From a candidate division WOR-3 bacterium (GTDB taxonomy: Bacteria; Hydrothermota; Hydrothermia; B15-G9; WFZT01), in contig JALUEE010000044.1 in NCBI GenBank assembly GCA_027053075.1, positions 1 through 46,439 of the forward strand: a DNA stretch of 46,439 nt. Direction: 5' to 3'. The position numbers and the translations under genes are program-made. Shown in pieces: positions 10,134 through 19,912 of the stretch (the stretch's first letter is position 1; each line of letters starts with the position of its first letter). The notes below the pieces were generated by a model that ran no database searches, had not been told where the DNA came from, and worked only from the letters and a program-made list of their open reading frames with translations.

Positions 10134-12016
10134 TGCTTATCTTCGACAATTTCTTCGACTGATTCTTCCTCGGGTTCTTTTCCGTTGAGACCAAGAATTT
10201 CATCCAGTTCCTTACCAGTCAGGGTCTCTTTCTCAAGCAGTGTCTGGGCAACCTTATGGAGCTTGTCAATATTCTCTGTTAGAATTTCTCTCGCTGTTTC
10301 CTCTGCTTCATAGACAAATTTTCTGATTTCCTCATCAATGAGCTGTGCAATTTCCTCAGAATAATTTTTCTTCATTCCGAGCTCTCGGCCGATAAATACC
10401 TCCTGCTCGGTTTTTCCAAAAGTAACAGGGCCAAGCTTCTCGGACATACCCCACTCGCAGACCATTTTTCTTGCAAGTTCTGTGGCTCTTTCAAGGTCAT
10501 TTCCGGCACCTGTTGTAAGTTCGTTGAATATTAGCTGCTCTGATACTCTCCCGCCCATCAGAATGGCAAGCTGATTTTTCAGGTAGTCCTTGGAATAAAT
10601 GTGTCTGTCATCAATTGGTAGTTGCTGGGTCACTCCAAGGGCCCGACCACGAGGAATAATAGTTACCTTATGAACGGGGTCTGTATTCGGTAGCATCCTT
10701 GTTACTATTGCATGGCCTGCTTCATGATAGGCAATTTTTTCGCGCTCCTCCTGAGAAAGCACCATGCTCTTTCTTGCAGCTCCCATAAGCACTTTGTCCT
10801 TGGCCTCTTCGAAATCGTCCATTGTCACCTTTGCATGCCCTCTACGAGCAGCGAGCAGAGCGGCTTCGTTAACAAGATTCGCGAGGTCGGCTCCGGAAAA
10901 TCCAGGGGTTCCACGGGCTATGGTAGCAAGGTCAACATCATCGGCAAGAGGAACCTTCCTTGTATGAATCTTGAGAATCTCCTCGCGTCCCTTGACATCA
11001 GGTCTGTCAACCACAATCTGACGGTCAAACCTACCCGGTCTCAGGAGTGCAGGGTCAAGTATATCAGGTCTATTGGTCGCTGCCATCACAACGATCCCTT
11101 CAGAAGTATCGAATCCGTCCATCTCCACGAGAAGCTGGTTAAGGGTCTGCTCTCTCTCATCATGTCCTCCGCCGAGTCCGGCACCTCTGAGACGTCCAAC
11201 TGCATCAATCTCATCAATGAACACGATACACGGGGCATGAGCCTTTGCCTGATCAAAAAGGTCGCGCACCCTCGCAGCACCGACTCCAACAAAAAGCTCT
11301 ACAAAATCCGAACCCGATATGGAGAGAAATGGGACTCCTGCCTCGCCTGCCACTGCTTTTGCAAGCAAGGTCTTACCCGTTCCAGGAGGTCCTACAAGCA
11401 GCACTCCTTTCGGGATTCTTGCGCCAAGCCTTTTGAATTTTTCGGGCTGCTTTAAAAATTCAATGACCTCTTTCAGGTCTTCCTTTGCTTCATCAACTCC
11501 AGCAACATCGTTAAATGTAACCTTGGGCCTGTCCTCGTTGAGAATCTTAACCCTGCTTTTGCCAAATTTGAAAGCTTCCCTTGGGCCACCGCCAAATTGA
11601 CGGGTCAGGAACCACCAGAATAAAAGGAAGAGGATTATCCATGGTAGATAGCTGATGAGCACATCGCGCCAAACCTGATGCGGCTTTGCATTTACTTCCA
11701 CTCCTGATTCCGCAAGTTTTCTCACAAGCTGCGGGTCTTCATAAGGAATATGAGTGTAAAAATGGGTTTCCTCTCCTGCATCGGTTTTAATCGGTTTTTT
11801 GAGAACTCCCTTGATGTCTTTATCAGAGATGGTAACGGATTTTATGTTCCCTTTGTTGAGCTCGTTTAGAAATTGCGAATAGGAAATTTCCACTCTCGAG
11901 TAATGGGTCCCGCTAAAAAGCTGAATAATGAGGACCGCTGATAAAAGTAAAAACAACCATAAAAAAGTTGTTTTCCAGAAACTGTTTGGTGTCGGCTTTT
12001 TATTATTGTTCATCAT
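10130..12016 (-). CDS. ftsH: ATP-dependent zinc metalloprotease FtsH
   Basis: Two TM segments, [29 protein letters not shown]. Confidence 0.98.
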   Translation of the reverse strand: MMNNNKKPTPNSFWKTTFLWLFLLLSAVLIIQLFSGTHYSRVEISYSQFLNELNKGNIKSVTISDKDIKGVLKKPIKTDAGEETHFYTHIPYEDPQLVRKLAESGVEVNAKPHQVWRDVLISYLPWIILFLLFWWFLTRQFGGGPREAFKFGKSRVKILNEDRPKVTFNDVAGVDEAKEDLKEVIEFLKQPEKFKRLGARIPKGVLLVGPPGTGKTLLAKAVAGEAGVPFLSISGSDFVELFVGVGAARVRDLFDQAKAHAPCIVFIDEIDAVGRLRGAGLGGGHDEREQTLNQLLVEMDGFDTSEGIVVMAATNRPDILDPALLRPGRFDRQIVVDRPDVKGREEILKIHTRKVPLADDVDLATIARGTPGFSGADLANLVNEAALLAARRGHAKVTMDDFEEAKDKVLMGAARKSMVLSQEEREKIAYHEAGHAIVTRMLPNTDPVHKVTIIPRGRALGVTQQLPIDDRHIYSKDYLKNQLAILMGGRVSEQLIFNELTTGAGNDLERATELARKMVCEWGMSEKLGPVTFGKTEQEVFIGRELGMKKNYSEEIAQLIDEEIRKFVYEAEETAREILTENIDKLHKVAQTLLEKETLTGKELDEILGLNGKEPEEESVEEIVEDKQ

Positions 12017-12555
12017 ACACTATTCACCTCTTCAGGTGTTAATTCCCGAATGTATTTTAATTGCCTGTATCTTTCTGCAAAATCAAGCCCGTAACCCACT
12101 AAAAATTTGTCTGGAACCTGAAAGCCAATGTAATGAACAGGCACTTCGACGATTCTTCTCTCCTTTTTATCAAGAAAAGCACATATTTTCAGGCTTTCTG
12201 GCTTACGTGTGGACAGCAAATCGTAAAGATACCTGAGAGTCAGTCCTGTATCCACAATGTCTTCAACGATTATTACGTCTCTACCTTCAATACTTTCAGA
12301 GAGGTCTTTTAGAATTTTCACCTCTCCACTGGTCTCCGTGGCCTTTCCGTAAGAGGAAACCGCAAGGAAATCCACCTCTGCTTCAACATCAAGCTCCCTT
12401 ATAAGGTCTGCGAGGAAAATAAAAGCTCCCTTCAGAATGCCAACTAAAAGGGGCCTTTTGCCCTGATAATCCCTTGATATCTGAGCTGCCAGCTCCTTTA
12501 CGCGTTTTTTAATCTCCTCTTCAGATATAAAAAATCCAGTCTTTTGATTCGTCAA
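12013..12555 (-). CDS. hpt: Hypoxanthine phosphoribosyltransferase
   Basis: LKGAFIF, VEDIVDTGLTL, VGYGLD; tilS-hpt-ftsH synteny. Likely TTG start at 12555 after GGAGG. Confidence 0.95.
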   Translation of the reverse strand: MTNQKTGFFISEEEIKKRVKELAAQISRDYQGKRPLLVGILKGAFIFLADLIRELDVEAEVDFLAVSSYGKATETSGEVKILKDLSESIEGRDVIIVEDIVDTGLTLRYLYDLLSTRKPESLKICAFLDKKERRIVEVPVHYIGFQVPDKFLVGYGLDFAERYRQLKYIRELTPEEVNSV

Positions 12556-13876
12556 TTTTCCTGACCTCCAGTCTTGTATAAATCTGTGATTTTCCAAAAC
12601 GGTGCTTATAAACTAACGGAACATAGAGAATTTTTCCACCTTGACGAACCACAGGGAAAAGGTCCCTTCGCCAGGATGGAATTTTCTTCTCGATAAATAG
12701 TTCCTTTAATTTTTTCCGACCAACTCCTCTGATGAAAACCTGCTCACCGGGACGTCGTGGTCCTATTTCAAATGTCTCACCATTATGCCAGTAAAAAATC
12801 CACGGATTATCGCTCCCAACTGCTTCTTTCACTGGCTCACCATAAATTTCCACATTCAACGATTCGTACCTGAGCTTGAATGGAGGCTTTACCCTTGTGG
12901 TTTCTATCGTCGGTAACTCCCCCTTAACGATAGCAAGCTCGTCGTATGATTTTATAAGCTTCAGGTTTTCGGGTAACTCCAGCCTCCCCTGCGGTTTATG
13001 AATAACATTTTCCGCTGAAACCACGTGCAAAAAATCAAGCTCCAGAAACAACCTAAAAAACCAGTAAAGCTCGAGCTTATGATACCTTTTAAGTGCCTTT
13101 GTGTCAAGGACTTGGATGTAATTGCTATTTTTTAGATGGAGAATCAATTTCACCGAGTCATTTTCAATCGAACGGCTTTTCCCCTCAAAATAAGGTCGCT
13201 CCTCGGCAAATATTCTTGATGCGTTGAAAATATTTTTCTCAAATGCAGGAAATTTCCGTTTGATTGCAGGGACGATCACGTGCCTTATGTAATTTCTGGT
13301 GTACTCGAGGCTCAAATTTGTAGAATCTATGACGTAGGGAATCCTGTTCTTATCAAGATACTCGATGATCTCGTCCCTCGAAAACGTGATGATAGGCCGG
13401 ATCAGCCTGTCCCGTTTTATAGGAATTCCGGCAATACCTGTGGGGCCTGTGCCGCGAAAGAAATTAAAAAGTATGGTTTCAACTGTGTCTGATAGGGTGT
13501 GGGCAGTTGCAATCTTTGTGCCTCCCCATTTCTCAAGGGTTTCGTATAAAAATTTGTATCTAAGCTCTCTTGCGGCCTCTTCAAGGGTAAGTTTCTTTTC
13601 TTTTGCGTATGAACGAACGTCTCCATGACCTTCAAAAAAAGGCAAATTTCCTGCAAAATCTCTTGAGAATTCAAGGTCACGGTCAGCCTCCACCCCTCTT
13701 AAACCGTGGTGAAAGTGCGCGACAGCAATGTCTATTTTGAATATGCGCTGAGACTTTTTCAGCATGGTGAGTAAAAAAACAGAATCAGGTCCGCCGGAGA
13801 ACGCAACAAGTATTCGATCCCCGGGAGAAATTAGCCTGAACTCTTTTGCAGTCTTGATAAATTTTTCGAGGGGCAT
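12521..13876 (-). CDS. tilS: tRNA(Ile)-lysidine synthetase
   Basis: SGGPDS PP-loop, HHGLRG, EEAARELRY, TAHT..D, D.TN....YTRN..R, TilS C-terminal KKLKELF. Likely ATG at 13876 just after the purA stop. Confidence 0.95.
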   Translation of the reverse strand: MPLEKFIKTAKEFRLISPGDRILVAFSGGPDSVFLLTMLKKSQRIFKIDIAVAHFHHGLRGVEADRDLEFSRDFAGNLPFFEGHGDVRSYAKEKKLTLEEAARELRYKFLYETLEKWGGTKIATAHTLSDTVETILFNFFRGTGPTGIAGIPIKRDRLIRPIITFSRDEIIEYLDKNRIPYVIDSTNLSLEYTRNYIRHVIVPAIKRKFPAFEKNIFNASRIFAEERPYFEGKSRSIENDSVKLILHLKNSNYIQVLDTKALKRYHKLELYWFFRLFLELDFLHVVSAENVIHKPQGRLELPENLKLIKSYDELAIVKGELPTIETTRVKPPFKLRYESLNVEIYGEPVKEAVGSDNPWIFYWHNGETFEIGPRRPGEQVFIRGVGRKKLKELFIEKKIPSWRRDLFPVVRQGGKILYVPLVYKHRFGKSQIYTRLEVRKIDESKDWIFYI

Positions 13877-13877
13877 C

Positions 13878-15137
13878 TCAAGTGTAGCGAATGATTTCGT
13901 GCCTCTCTTTTCCAATGGAAACCATTGAGATGTTTACACCGAGGTAGTCCTGAATGAAGTCCAGGTAAATTCTTGCGTTTTCTGGAAAATCTTCCTTCCT
14001 CTTTGCACCCCTGACCGTTTCCCATCCCCTGAAACTCTGGTAAATCGGCCTGACACCCTCAAGATCATGGGGGAGGTCACGGGTTCTTGACCCATCGGGT
14101 AACTCGTATTCCGTGGCAACTTTGATCTCGTCGAGCCCGTCGAGGACATCGAGCTTGGTGATAACGAGGTCTGTAACCCCATTGAGCATGACAGAATATT
14201 TGAGAAGCACCAGGTCGAGCCATCCGCATCTACGGGGTCTCCCGGTTGTGGCGCCGTATTCTCCACCTTTTTGACGAAGATATTCACCAAGATTGTCGTC
14301 AAGTTCGGTAGGGAACGGCCCTTTGCCCACCCTTGTTGTGTAGGCCTTGGAAATCCCGATGATGGAGTCGATTTTCTTTGGTGATATCCCGAGGCCAATG
14401 GTAGCTCCACCTGAAATTGTATGCGAGGATGTAACGTACGGATATGTTCCAAAGGTGATGTCAAGAAACGTGCCCTGCGCTCCCTCAAGAAGAACACTTT
14501 TACCTTCGCTAATACTTTTGTTCAAAAACAGGGCCGTGTCATCAACAAAATCTTTAATTTTCTCTCTCCACGTGGAGAGGAGCGAGATAATTTCCTCTTT
14601 TGAATAGTGTTTTTCGCCACCAAAGATTTTAAGGATGTGGTTGTTGTAAGTAAGGGATTTCTCAATTGCCCCAACGAGTCTTTTTTCATCAAATAAATCA
14701 TAGACTCTGATGCCGATTCTCCAGTATTTATCGCGGTATGTGGGGCCTATGCCTCTTTTGGTGGTGCCTATGCCACCTTTTTTAGTCTCTTCCAGTGCAT
14801 CTTCGTCTTTGTGATAGGGCATGGTAATCTGGGCCCGGCCATCTATCAAAAGTCTTCCTTTGATAGGCCCGGTTTTTCTCTCCACCAGTTCGATTTCTTT
14901 TAAAAGCGTCTCAATGTCGAGTACCACACCGGCACCGATTATACCCACTTTTTGAGGTCTCAGGATGCCTGAGGGTATGAGGTGAAAGATAAATTCTTCG
15001 TCACCTACGATTACAGTATGTCCAGCGTTTGTGCCTCCCTGAAACCTGGCAATGACATCGTAGTTTTCAGCGAGGAAATCCACGATTTTCCCCTTGCCTT
15101 CATCACCCCATTGCAGACCAACAACAGCAGTAACCAT
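13878..15137 (-). CDS. purA: Adenylosuccinate synthetase
   Basis: QWGDEGKGK, NAGHT, IGTTKRGIGP, EGAQG, TTGRPRRCGW, TKLDVLD. Confidence 0.98.
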   Translation of the reverse strand: MVTAVVGLQWGDEGKGKIVDFLAENYDVIARFQGGTNAGHTVIVGDEEFIFHLIPSGILRPQKVGIIGAGVVLDIETLLKEIELVERKTGPIKGRLLIDGRAQITMPYHKDEDALEETKKGGIGTTKRGIGPTYRDKYWRIGIRVYDLFDEKRLVGAIEKSLTYNNHILKIFGGEKHYSKEEIISLLSTWREKIKDFVDDTALFLNKSISEGKSVLLEGAQGTFLDITFGTYPYVTSSHTISGGATIGLGISPKKIDSIIGISKAYTTRVGKGPFPTELDDNLGEYLRQKGGEYGATTGRPRRCGWLDLVLLKYSVMLNGVTDLVITKLDVLDGLDEIKVATEYELPDGSRTRDLPHDLEGVRPIYQSFRGWETVRGAKRKEDFPENARIYLDFIQDYLGVNISMVSIGKERHEIIRYT

Positions 15138-15172
15138 TTGCGTTCCTCCAGAGTAGAATTGGAAACAGCTTG

Positions 15173-15201
15173 ATTTTAATGTAGCACTCCTATTCTCTCA
15201 A
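15173..15201 (-). promoter_or_regulatory. sigma70 promoter of the purA operon
   Basis: TTGAGA (15201-15196), 17 nt, TAAAAT (15178-15173); GGAGG SD downstream. Confidence 0.6.
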
Positions 15202-15205
15202 CCAA

Positions 15206-15330
15206 GAGTGAGTTAGAAAAATTTCAAGACCTTTAATTTTTAATTAAAAATTTGCCCCCCACCTTATTCCTCCCCCCACGCACAAAGTGCGTGGGGGGAG
15301 GATAGGAGGGGGGAATTTTCGAACGAGATC
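15206..15330. mobile_element. MITE-like unit 1 of a tandem array; central long hairpin
   Basis: GAGTGAGTTAGAAAAAT ... AATTTTCGAACGAGATC; perfect 16-bp stem 15268-15302 with AAA loop; flanked by ACCAA on both sides. Confidence 0.65.
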
Positions 15331-15335
15331 ACCAA

Positions 15336-15692
15336 GAGTGAGTTCAAAATTATCCTTCTTCCTTTTATACACACTAAATGTGTGGTGAAATATGCTGACA
15401 ACTACGGGACGAAATCCCTTCCCCCGCACGAATTTGTTTGCGGGGGAGGAAAGGAGAGGGGCCACATCATTCTTTACTTGAAATCAATCTTCCCCTTTGG
15501 AGTAAAGGTCCCGATAAAGGTTTGCATCTTGATTTTTCAAATTTTCGAACGGAAAGCCCCCTCCTGTCGCCCTCCCCCGCCTGCTGCGCAGGCGGGGGAG
15601 GGCATCGGGTTGTTCATCTTATACAAGTAAGGCGCTAACACGAGCTATTTCGCAAACACAAATCCTGAAGATAGGAATTTTCGGACCCCCTC
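15336..15692. mobile_element. MITE-like unit 2 of a tandem array carrying an inverted hairpin doublet
   Basis: GAGTGAGTTCAAAAT ... AATTTTCGGACCCCCTC; hairpin modules 15411-15467 and 15549-15603; homologous to 31241-31444. Confidence 0.65.
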
Positions 15693-15695
15693 ACC

Positions 15696-15724
15696 TTGAA
15701 TAAAAACTTTGGGCTGAATATAAT
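15696..15724 (+). promoter_or_regulatory. sigma70 promoter of GT4-NYN-pepA (leaderless)
   Basis: TTGAAT, 17 nt, TATAAT; GTG start 6 nt downstream, no SD. Confidence 0.65.
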
Positions 15725-15730
15725 TTAGCC

Positions 15731-16882
15731 GTGCAGAAATCGTTGAAAATCCTTATGGTTTCAGATGTTTACTACCCCTTTCCCGGTGGCATCACCGAGC
15801 ATGTCCACCACCTGTCTTACTATCTCATGGGGAAGGGACACGATGTTGTTATACTCACAGGGAACCACAAAAATGGCAAAAAAATCGGGCTCAATAGTGT
15901 TAAAGTTATCCGTGTGGGCCGTGGTATTCTAATTCCCATAAATCGCTCCTTCTACTCCCTTCCGGTGAGTTTCCGTCTCCAGAGTCGTGTGAGAGAAGTG
16001 CTTATGAGTCAGGAATGGGACATCGTGCATGTGCATGGCACCTTTTCTCCATCACTCCCACTTTTTACTCTGCTGCAATCTCCGTACACAAATTTCATGA
16101 CCTTTCATCCCACACATGGCTATTCCATTGGATTTGAGATTTTCAAGCCGATACTTCAGAGAGCCTACGAAAATATTCACGGTAAGATTGCCGTTTCAAA
16201 GAGTGCAGAGCGCTCCATCAGCCGACATTTCCCCGGTGATTATCGGATAATTCCCAACGGAGTAGATATTCACAGGTTCGGCCCTCATGTCATGCCAGAA
16301 GACGGTTTAAGGGAAGGCAACGAGAAAATAATTCTCTTTGTGGGAAGAATAGAGCCGCGAAAAGGTTTATCCACGCTTCTTAAAGCATTTGAGAAACTCC
16401 TCAAGCAGGGAGAAGACGTGAGGCTCCTCATTGTAGGTGATACGCCGTTGAGGAAGGTTTTTGAACTCAAGGCACAGAAATTTGGCAGCAGGGTAAAATT
16501 CCTTGGAAAGGTTACGGCACAGGAGATTCCGCGGATTTACAGGGCAGCAGATGTATTTGTGGCACCGGCAACCGGTAAGGAGAGCTTTGGAATAGTTTTG
16601 ATCGAGGCCCTCGCGTCCGGCAAACCTGTTGTGGCATCGGATATTGATGGATATCGAGAGATCATTTCACATGGGGTGGATGGCTTTTTAGTTGAACCCG
16701 GTAATGCCGATTCTCTCGCTCATCATATTGAGAAAATTTTGAAGAATCCAGAGCTGGCAGCAAAGATGGGGGAAATGGGGAGAAGGAAGGTGATGGAACG
16801 GTATTCATGGGAAATTGTATCTTCCATGGTGGAATATTATTACTTCGAGGTTCTTGAAAATGCCAAAAAAGTTTTACGTTGA
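15731..16882 (+). CDS. GT4 family glycosyltransferase (PimA-like)
   Basis: P.PGGI..HV, IIPNGVD, FVGRIEPRKG, ESFGIVLIEA.ASG.PVVASDI.G. Confidence 0.92.
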   Translation: MQKSLKILMVSDVYYPFPGGITEHVHHLSYYLMGKGHDVVILTGNHKNGKKIGLNSVKVIRVGRGILIPINRSFYSLPVSFRLQSRVREVLMSQEWDIVHVHGTFSPSLPLFTLLQSPYTNFMTFHPTHGYSIGFEIFKPILQRAYENIHGKIAVSKSAERSISRHFPGDYRIIPNGVDIHRFGPHVMPEDGLREGNEKIILFVGRIEPRKGLSTLLKAFEKLLKQGEDVRLLIVGDTPLRKVFELKAQKFGSRVKFLGKVTAQEIPRIYRAADVFVAPATGKESFGIVLIEALASGKPVVASDIDGYREIISHGVDGFLVEPGNADSLAHHIEKILKNPELAAKMGEMGRRKVMERYSWEIVSSMVEYYYFEVLENAKKVLR

Positions 16883-17321
16883 CGGCTACAATGTCATCTT
16901 TTCCACATTCTTGAGGGACCTGGAGCTTGAAAAGGCCCGTGAGTATTTGATTCAATTTTCAAAGGTTTATGTGCCTGACACGGTTATCATCGTTTTTGAC
17001 GGGAAAGAGGGGATTCCATCGGCACTTTCAGCGACAAATTATGTGAGGTTTACAAGGGGTGAAAGTGCTGATGATTACATTAAAAGGGCTGTGGAAAAAG
17101 AGAAGGACCGCTCTAAGATTTTTGTCGTAACCAACGACAAAAGTATCATAGGTTACGTCGGGTATCTGGGGGCCCGGGTTATGCCACCAGATGAATTTAT
17201 GGGTGGTCCAAAGCATAAAAGAAAGCCTACAAATGACAAGGAATCTATCCCGGAGGTCGTAAAGAAAAGAATTAACGAGGAGCTCCTTGAGCTCTGGCTT
17301 AAAAAAGGAGGTAAAAAATGA
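16860..17321 (+). CDS. NYN/YacP-like PIN-domain RNase
   Basis: VDGYNV, IVFDG, GESADDYI, VVTND. Start taken at ATG 16860. Confidence 0.85.
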   Translation: MPKKFYVDGYNVIFSTFLRDLELEKAREYLIQFSKVYVPDTVIIVFDGKEGIPSALSATNYVRFTRGESADDYIKRAVEKEKDRSKIFVVTNDKSIIGYVGYLGARVMPPDEFMGGPKHKRKPTNDKESIPEVVKKRINEELLELWLKKGGKK

Positions 17322-18832
17322 TTGATTTGAAGGTCTTAGAAGGAGCAATTCAGGAGGTCGAAGCAGACCTCATCGTGGTGAATCTATTTGAAGGGGTTAA
17401 AACCCCCGGTGGAGCAACAGGGGCTGTGGATAAGGCCATAGGTGGACTCATAACCCGTGTGATCGAATCAGGTGATTTTAAGGGCAAGAAACTTTCCACG
17501 ACCCTGCTCTACACCTTCGGTCGAGTAAAGGCCCCTCGCGTGCTTCTCATAGGTCTTGGCAAAAAAGAGGAGTTTGACATAAACACCGTGAGGGAGGTTG
17601 CAGCAAAGGCTGCACAGGAGGCTAAGAAACTTGGAGTCAGGACCTTTGCGACAATCGTTCACGGTGGAGGCGCTGGTGGACTGGACTTTAAGGAAGCAGC
17701 TTATGCGACAGCAGAAGGAACACTACTCGGAGCTTATAGCTACAAAGCTGAGAAAAAGCAAAGCGAAGAAAAGAAGGAACCTGAAACTGCATTTATTGTA
17801 GAATTCAACAAATCAAACATCGAGGTTCTGGAAAGTGCTGTAAAAAAGGCCATCGGAGTTGCAAAAGGAGTTTATCTGGCAAGAGACCTCGTTAATTTGC
17901 CCCCCAATGTGGCCTCTCCCCTTTACCTCGCAGAAGTGGCAGAAAAGCTCGATAAAGAGTACAAGAAGGTCAAAACCACCGTTTACAACGAAAAGGACAT
18001 GGAAAAATTTGGGATGGGAGCATTTCTTGCCGTTGCCCAGGGCTCAGCTATTCCTCCGAGATTTATCGTAATCGAGTATGAAGGGGCAAAAAATAAGAAG
18101 CCTGTTGTCCTTGCAGGCAAAGGGATAACCTTTGATACAGGTGGCATATCTTTAAAACCGTCTCAGGACATGTGGAAGATGAAATTCGACATGGCCGGTG
18201 CGGCTGTAGTTCTTGGAACCATAAAGGCAGCAGCAGAACTGAATCTGCCCATAAGAATTGTGGGACTTGTGGGAGCAACTTACAACATGCCTGATGGCAA
18301 TGCGTACAGGCCCGGTGATGTGGTTAAGGCCATGAACGGGAAAACGATAGAGATTATCAGTACAGATGCAGAAGGCCGTCTTGTTCTGGCCGACCTTCTC
18401 TCCTATGCCAGTATGAAGTTGGAGCCTGAGATGATCGTGGATTTTGCCACTTTAACAGGTGCATGCATTGTGGCTCTTGGACTCGAGATAGCAGGTCTAT
18501 TTACCGACGATGAGGAGCTCAAAGAAAAAATAGAGAAAGCTTCAAAATACACGGGTGAGCCTATCTGGCAACTGCCCCTTTACAAAAACTATAGAGAGCT
18601 CTTGAAGAGTGACTTTGCCGACCTTAAAAACAGTGGAGGCAGGTGGGCGGGAGCCATTACAGCAGCACTCTTTCTGAAAGAGTTTGTAGATACGGATAAA
18701 TGGGCCCACATTGACATTGCTGGCCCCACATGGAGAGACAGAGGTTATCCTGAGAACCCGCTCTTACCACCAGGAGCCACCGGCTACGGCATAAGACTGA
18801 TCTTAAAGGCACTTGAGGGAATGGAAGCTTAA
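17318..18832 (+). CDS. pepA: Leucyl aminopeptidase (M17)
   Basis: GKGITFDTGG, MKFDMAG, TDAEGRL, ATLTGA, WAHIDIAG; GGAGG SD. Confidence 0.96.
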   Translation: MIDLKVLEGAIQEVEADLIVVNLFEGVKTPGGATGAVDKAIGGLITRVIESGDFKGKKLSTTLLYTFGRVKAPRVLLIGLGKKEEFDINTVREVAAKAAQEAKKLGVRTFATIVHGGGAGGLDFKEAAYATAEGTLLGAYSYKAEKKQSEEKKEPETAFIVEFNKSNIEVLESAVKKAIGVAKGVYLARDLVNLPPNVASPLYLAEVAEKLDKEYKKVKTTVYNEKDMEKFGMGAFLAVAQGSAIPPRFIVIEYEGAKNKKPVVLAGKGITFDTGGISLKPSQDMWKMKFDMAGAAVVLGTIKAAAELNLPIRIVGLVGATYNMPDGNAYRPGDVVKAMNGKTIEIISTDAEGRLVLADLLSYASMKLEPEMIVDFATLTGACIVALGLEIAGLFTDDEELKEKIEKASKYTGEPIWQLPLYKNYRELLKSDFADLKNSGGRWAGAITAALFLKEFVDTDKWAHIDIAGPTWRDRGYPENPLLPPGATGYGIRLILKALEGMEA

Positions 18833-18859
18833 TGTAGATTTGACCGAATATAAATTGAT

Positions 18860-18897
18860 GGGGGCTCCACGCACGAAGTGCGTGGAGCCCCCTTTTT
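18860..18897 (+). terminator. Perfect 15-bp hairpin (GAA loop) with T-tract between convergent pepA and azlD
   Basis: gggggctccacgcac-GAA-gtgcgtggagccccc-ttttt. Confidence 0.8.
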
Positions 18898-18938
18898 AAA
18901 CACCGAGGGTAATATGTTTTCAAATATTGGTTCCCCCT

Positions 18939-19241
18939 TCAGAGCACCATTCCGGTCAGGAAGGCTGCGAGGATGGCAATGGTCATCACGATTACCAGAT
19001 GAAGGTCAAAAAGAGCCGCAACTACTGCAGCGAGGCCTCCAAAGAGCCCGGGGAGGGGTCTTTCTCCTCTAATAATTCCCGGGAATATCAAAGCTCCAAG
19101 GGCAGCATAAGGGATGAATTCAAGCCATTTCTTTAAAATTTCTGGTAACTCATATCGGTCGTAGAGAAGACCCGGAAGCATTCTCGGGATATAGGTCACA
19201 AGCATCATCCCAAGAATTATGATTAGCGTGGTCGTGCTCAT
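18939..19241 (-). CDS. azlD: AzlD branched-chain amino acid transport protein
   Basis: GM..VTY.PR..P, IPYAALGALIFP; ATGA overlap with azlC stop gives start 19241. Confidence 0.88.
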   Translation of the reverse strand: MSTTTLIIILGMMLVTYIPRMLPGLLYDRYELPEILKKWLEFIPYAALGALIFPGIIRGERPLPGLFGGLAAVVAALFDLHLVIVMTIAILAAFLTGMVL

Positions 19242-19912
19242 TTTGCCAGAATTACCCCCACGGTTGCTCCCAAAATGGTTGATAGAACAATAGACCACCC
19301 CATGCTCATAAATGAGGAGAACAGAGTGTTCAGACCCATACTAACCACAGCAATCAACGTCACCTGCCAGGATTTACGTGCATGTGGCACGAGGAGTCCT
19401 ATAAACATAGCGTAAAGGCCCACTGTCATTGACGCACCCACTGATGAGGGTATGATTTGTGCCCCAAAGCTGCCGATAGCCGTTCCAATCACCCATCCAG
19501 CATAGGCAATACCCATAAGACCAATGGCATAAAGAGGGGTTGGCTCGACGTCGTTACCCATGGTGAGCAGGGCAAATGTCTCATCTGTAATGCCAAACGA
19601 TACTATTGCTCTCCAGGGGGTGGGCGCCTTTTTCATTCTATGATGAACAGCCATACTCATCACCAGATGCCTGAGATTTATGAAGAAGGTTGCAATTATT
19701 ATCTGAAGGGCATCGGCTCCCGCAAGAATCATACTCGCTGCCATAAACTGGCTTGCCCCAGCGAACACGAAAGCGGACATCAAAACCGCTTCATGGGGTG
19801 AAAGATGAGACCCGGTTGCAACTGCTCCAAAGGCAACTGCAATGGGAAGATATCCAATCGCTACGGGTAAGCCTTTCTTTACTCCCGAGATAAATTCATC
19901 AATTCCGCTCAC
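19238..19912 (-). CDS. azlC: AzlC family permease
   Basis: GYLPIAVAFG, FAGASQF, NLRH, ITDETFA. Confidence 0.93.
   Translation of the reverse strand: MSGIDEFISGVKKGLPVAIGYLPIAVAFGAVATGSHLSPHEAVLMSAFVFAGASQFMAASMILAGADALQIIIATFFINLRHLVMSMAVHHRMKKAPTPWRAIVSFGITDETFALLTMGNDVEPTPLYAIGLMGIAYAGWVIGTAIGSFGAQIIPSSVGASMTVGLYAMFIGLLVPHARKSWQVTLIAVVSMGLNTLFSSFMSMGWSIVLSTILGATVGVILAK

Noticed and set aside
10712..11455. Long antisense or alternate-frame ORFs (also 7094-7555, 13934-14497, 25037-25807)
   Set aside because: Shadows of well-supported conserved genes, with no recognisable motifs.
15315..15350. Integron attC sites at the AAC...GTT unit junctions (also 31482-31526)
   Set aside because: Only 17-24 nt between AAC and GTT, no L boxes, no ORF cassettes and no integrase.
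15244..15638. Short ORFs over the repeats (also 18878-19072, 27338-27702, 46194-46409)
   Set aside because: Translations of GC hairpins (Pro/Gly-rich), no SD, overlapping on both strands.
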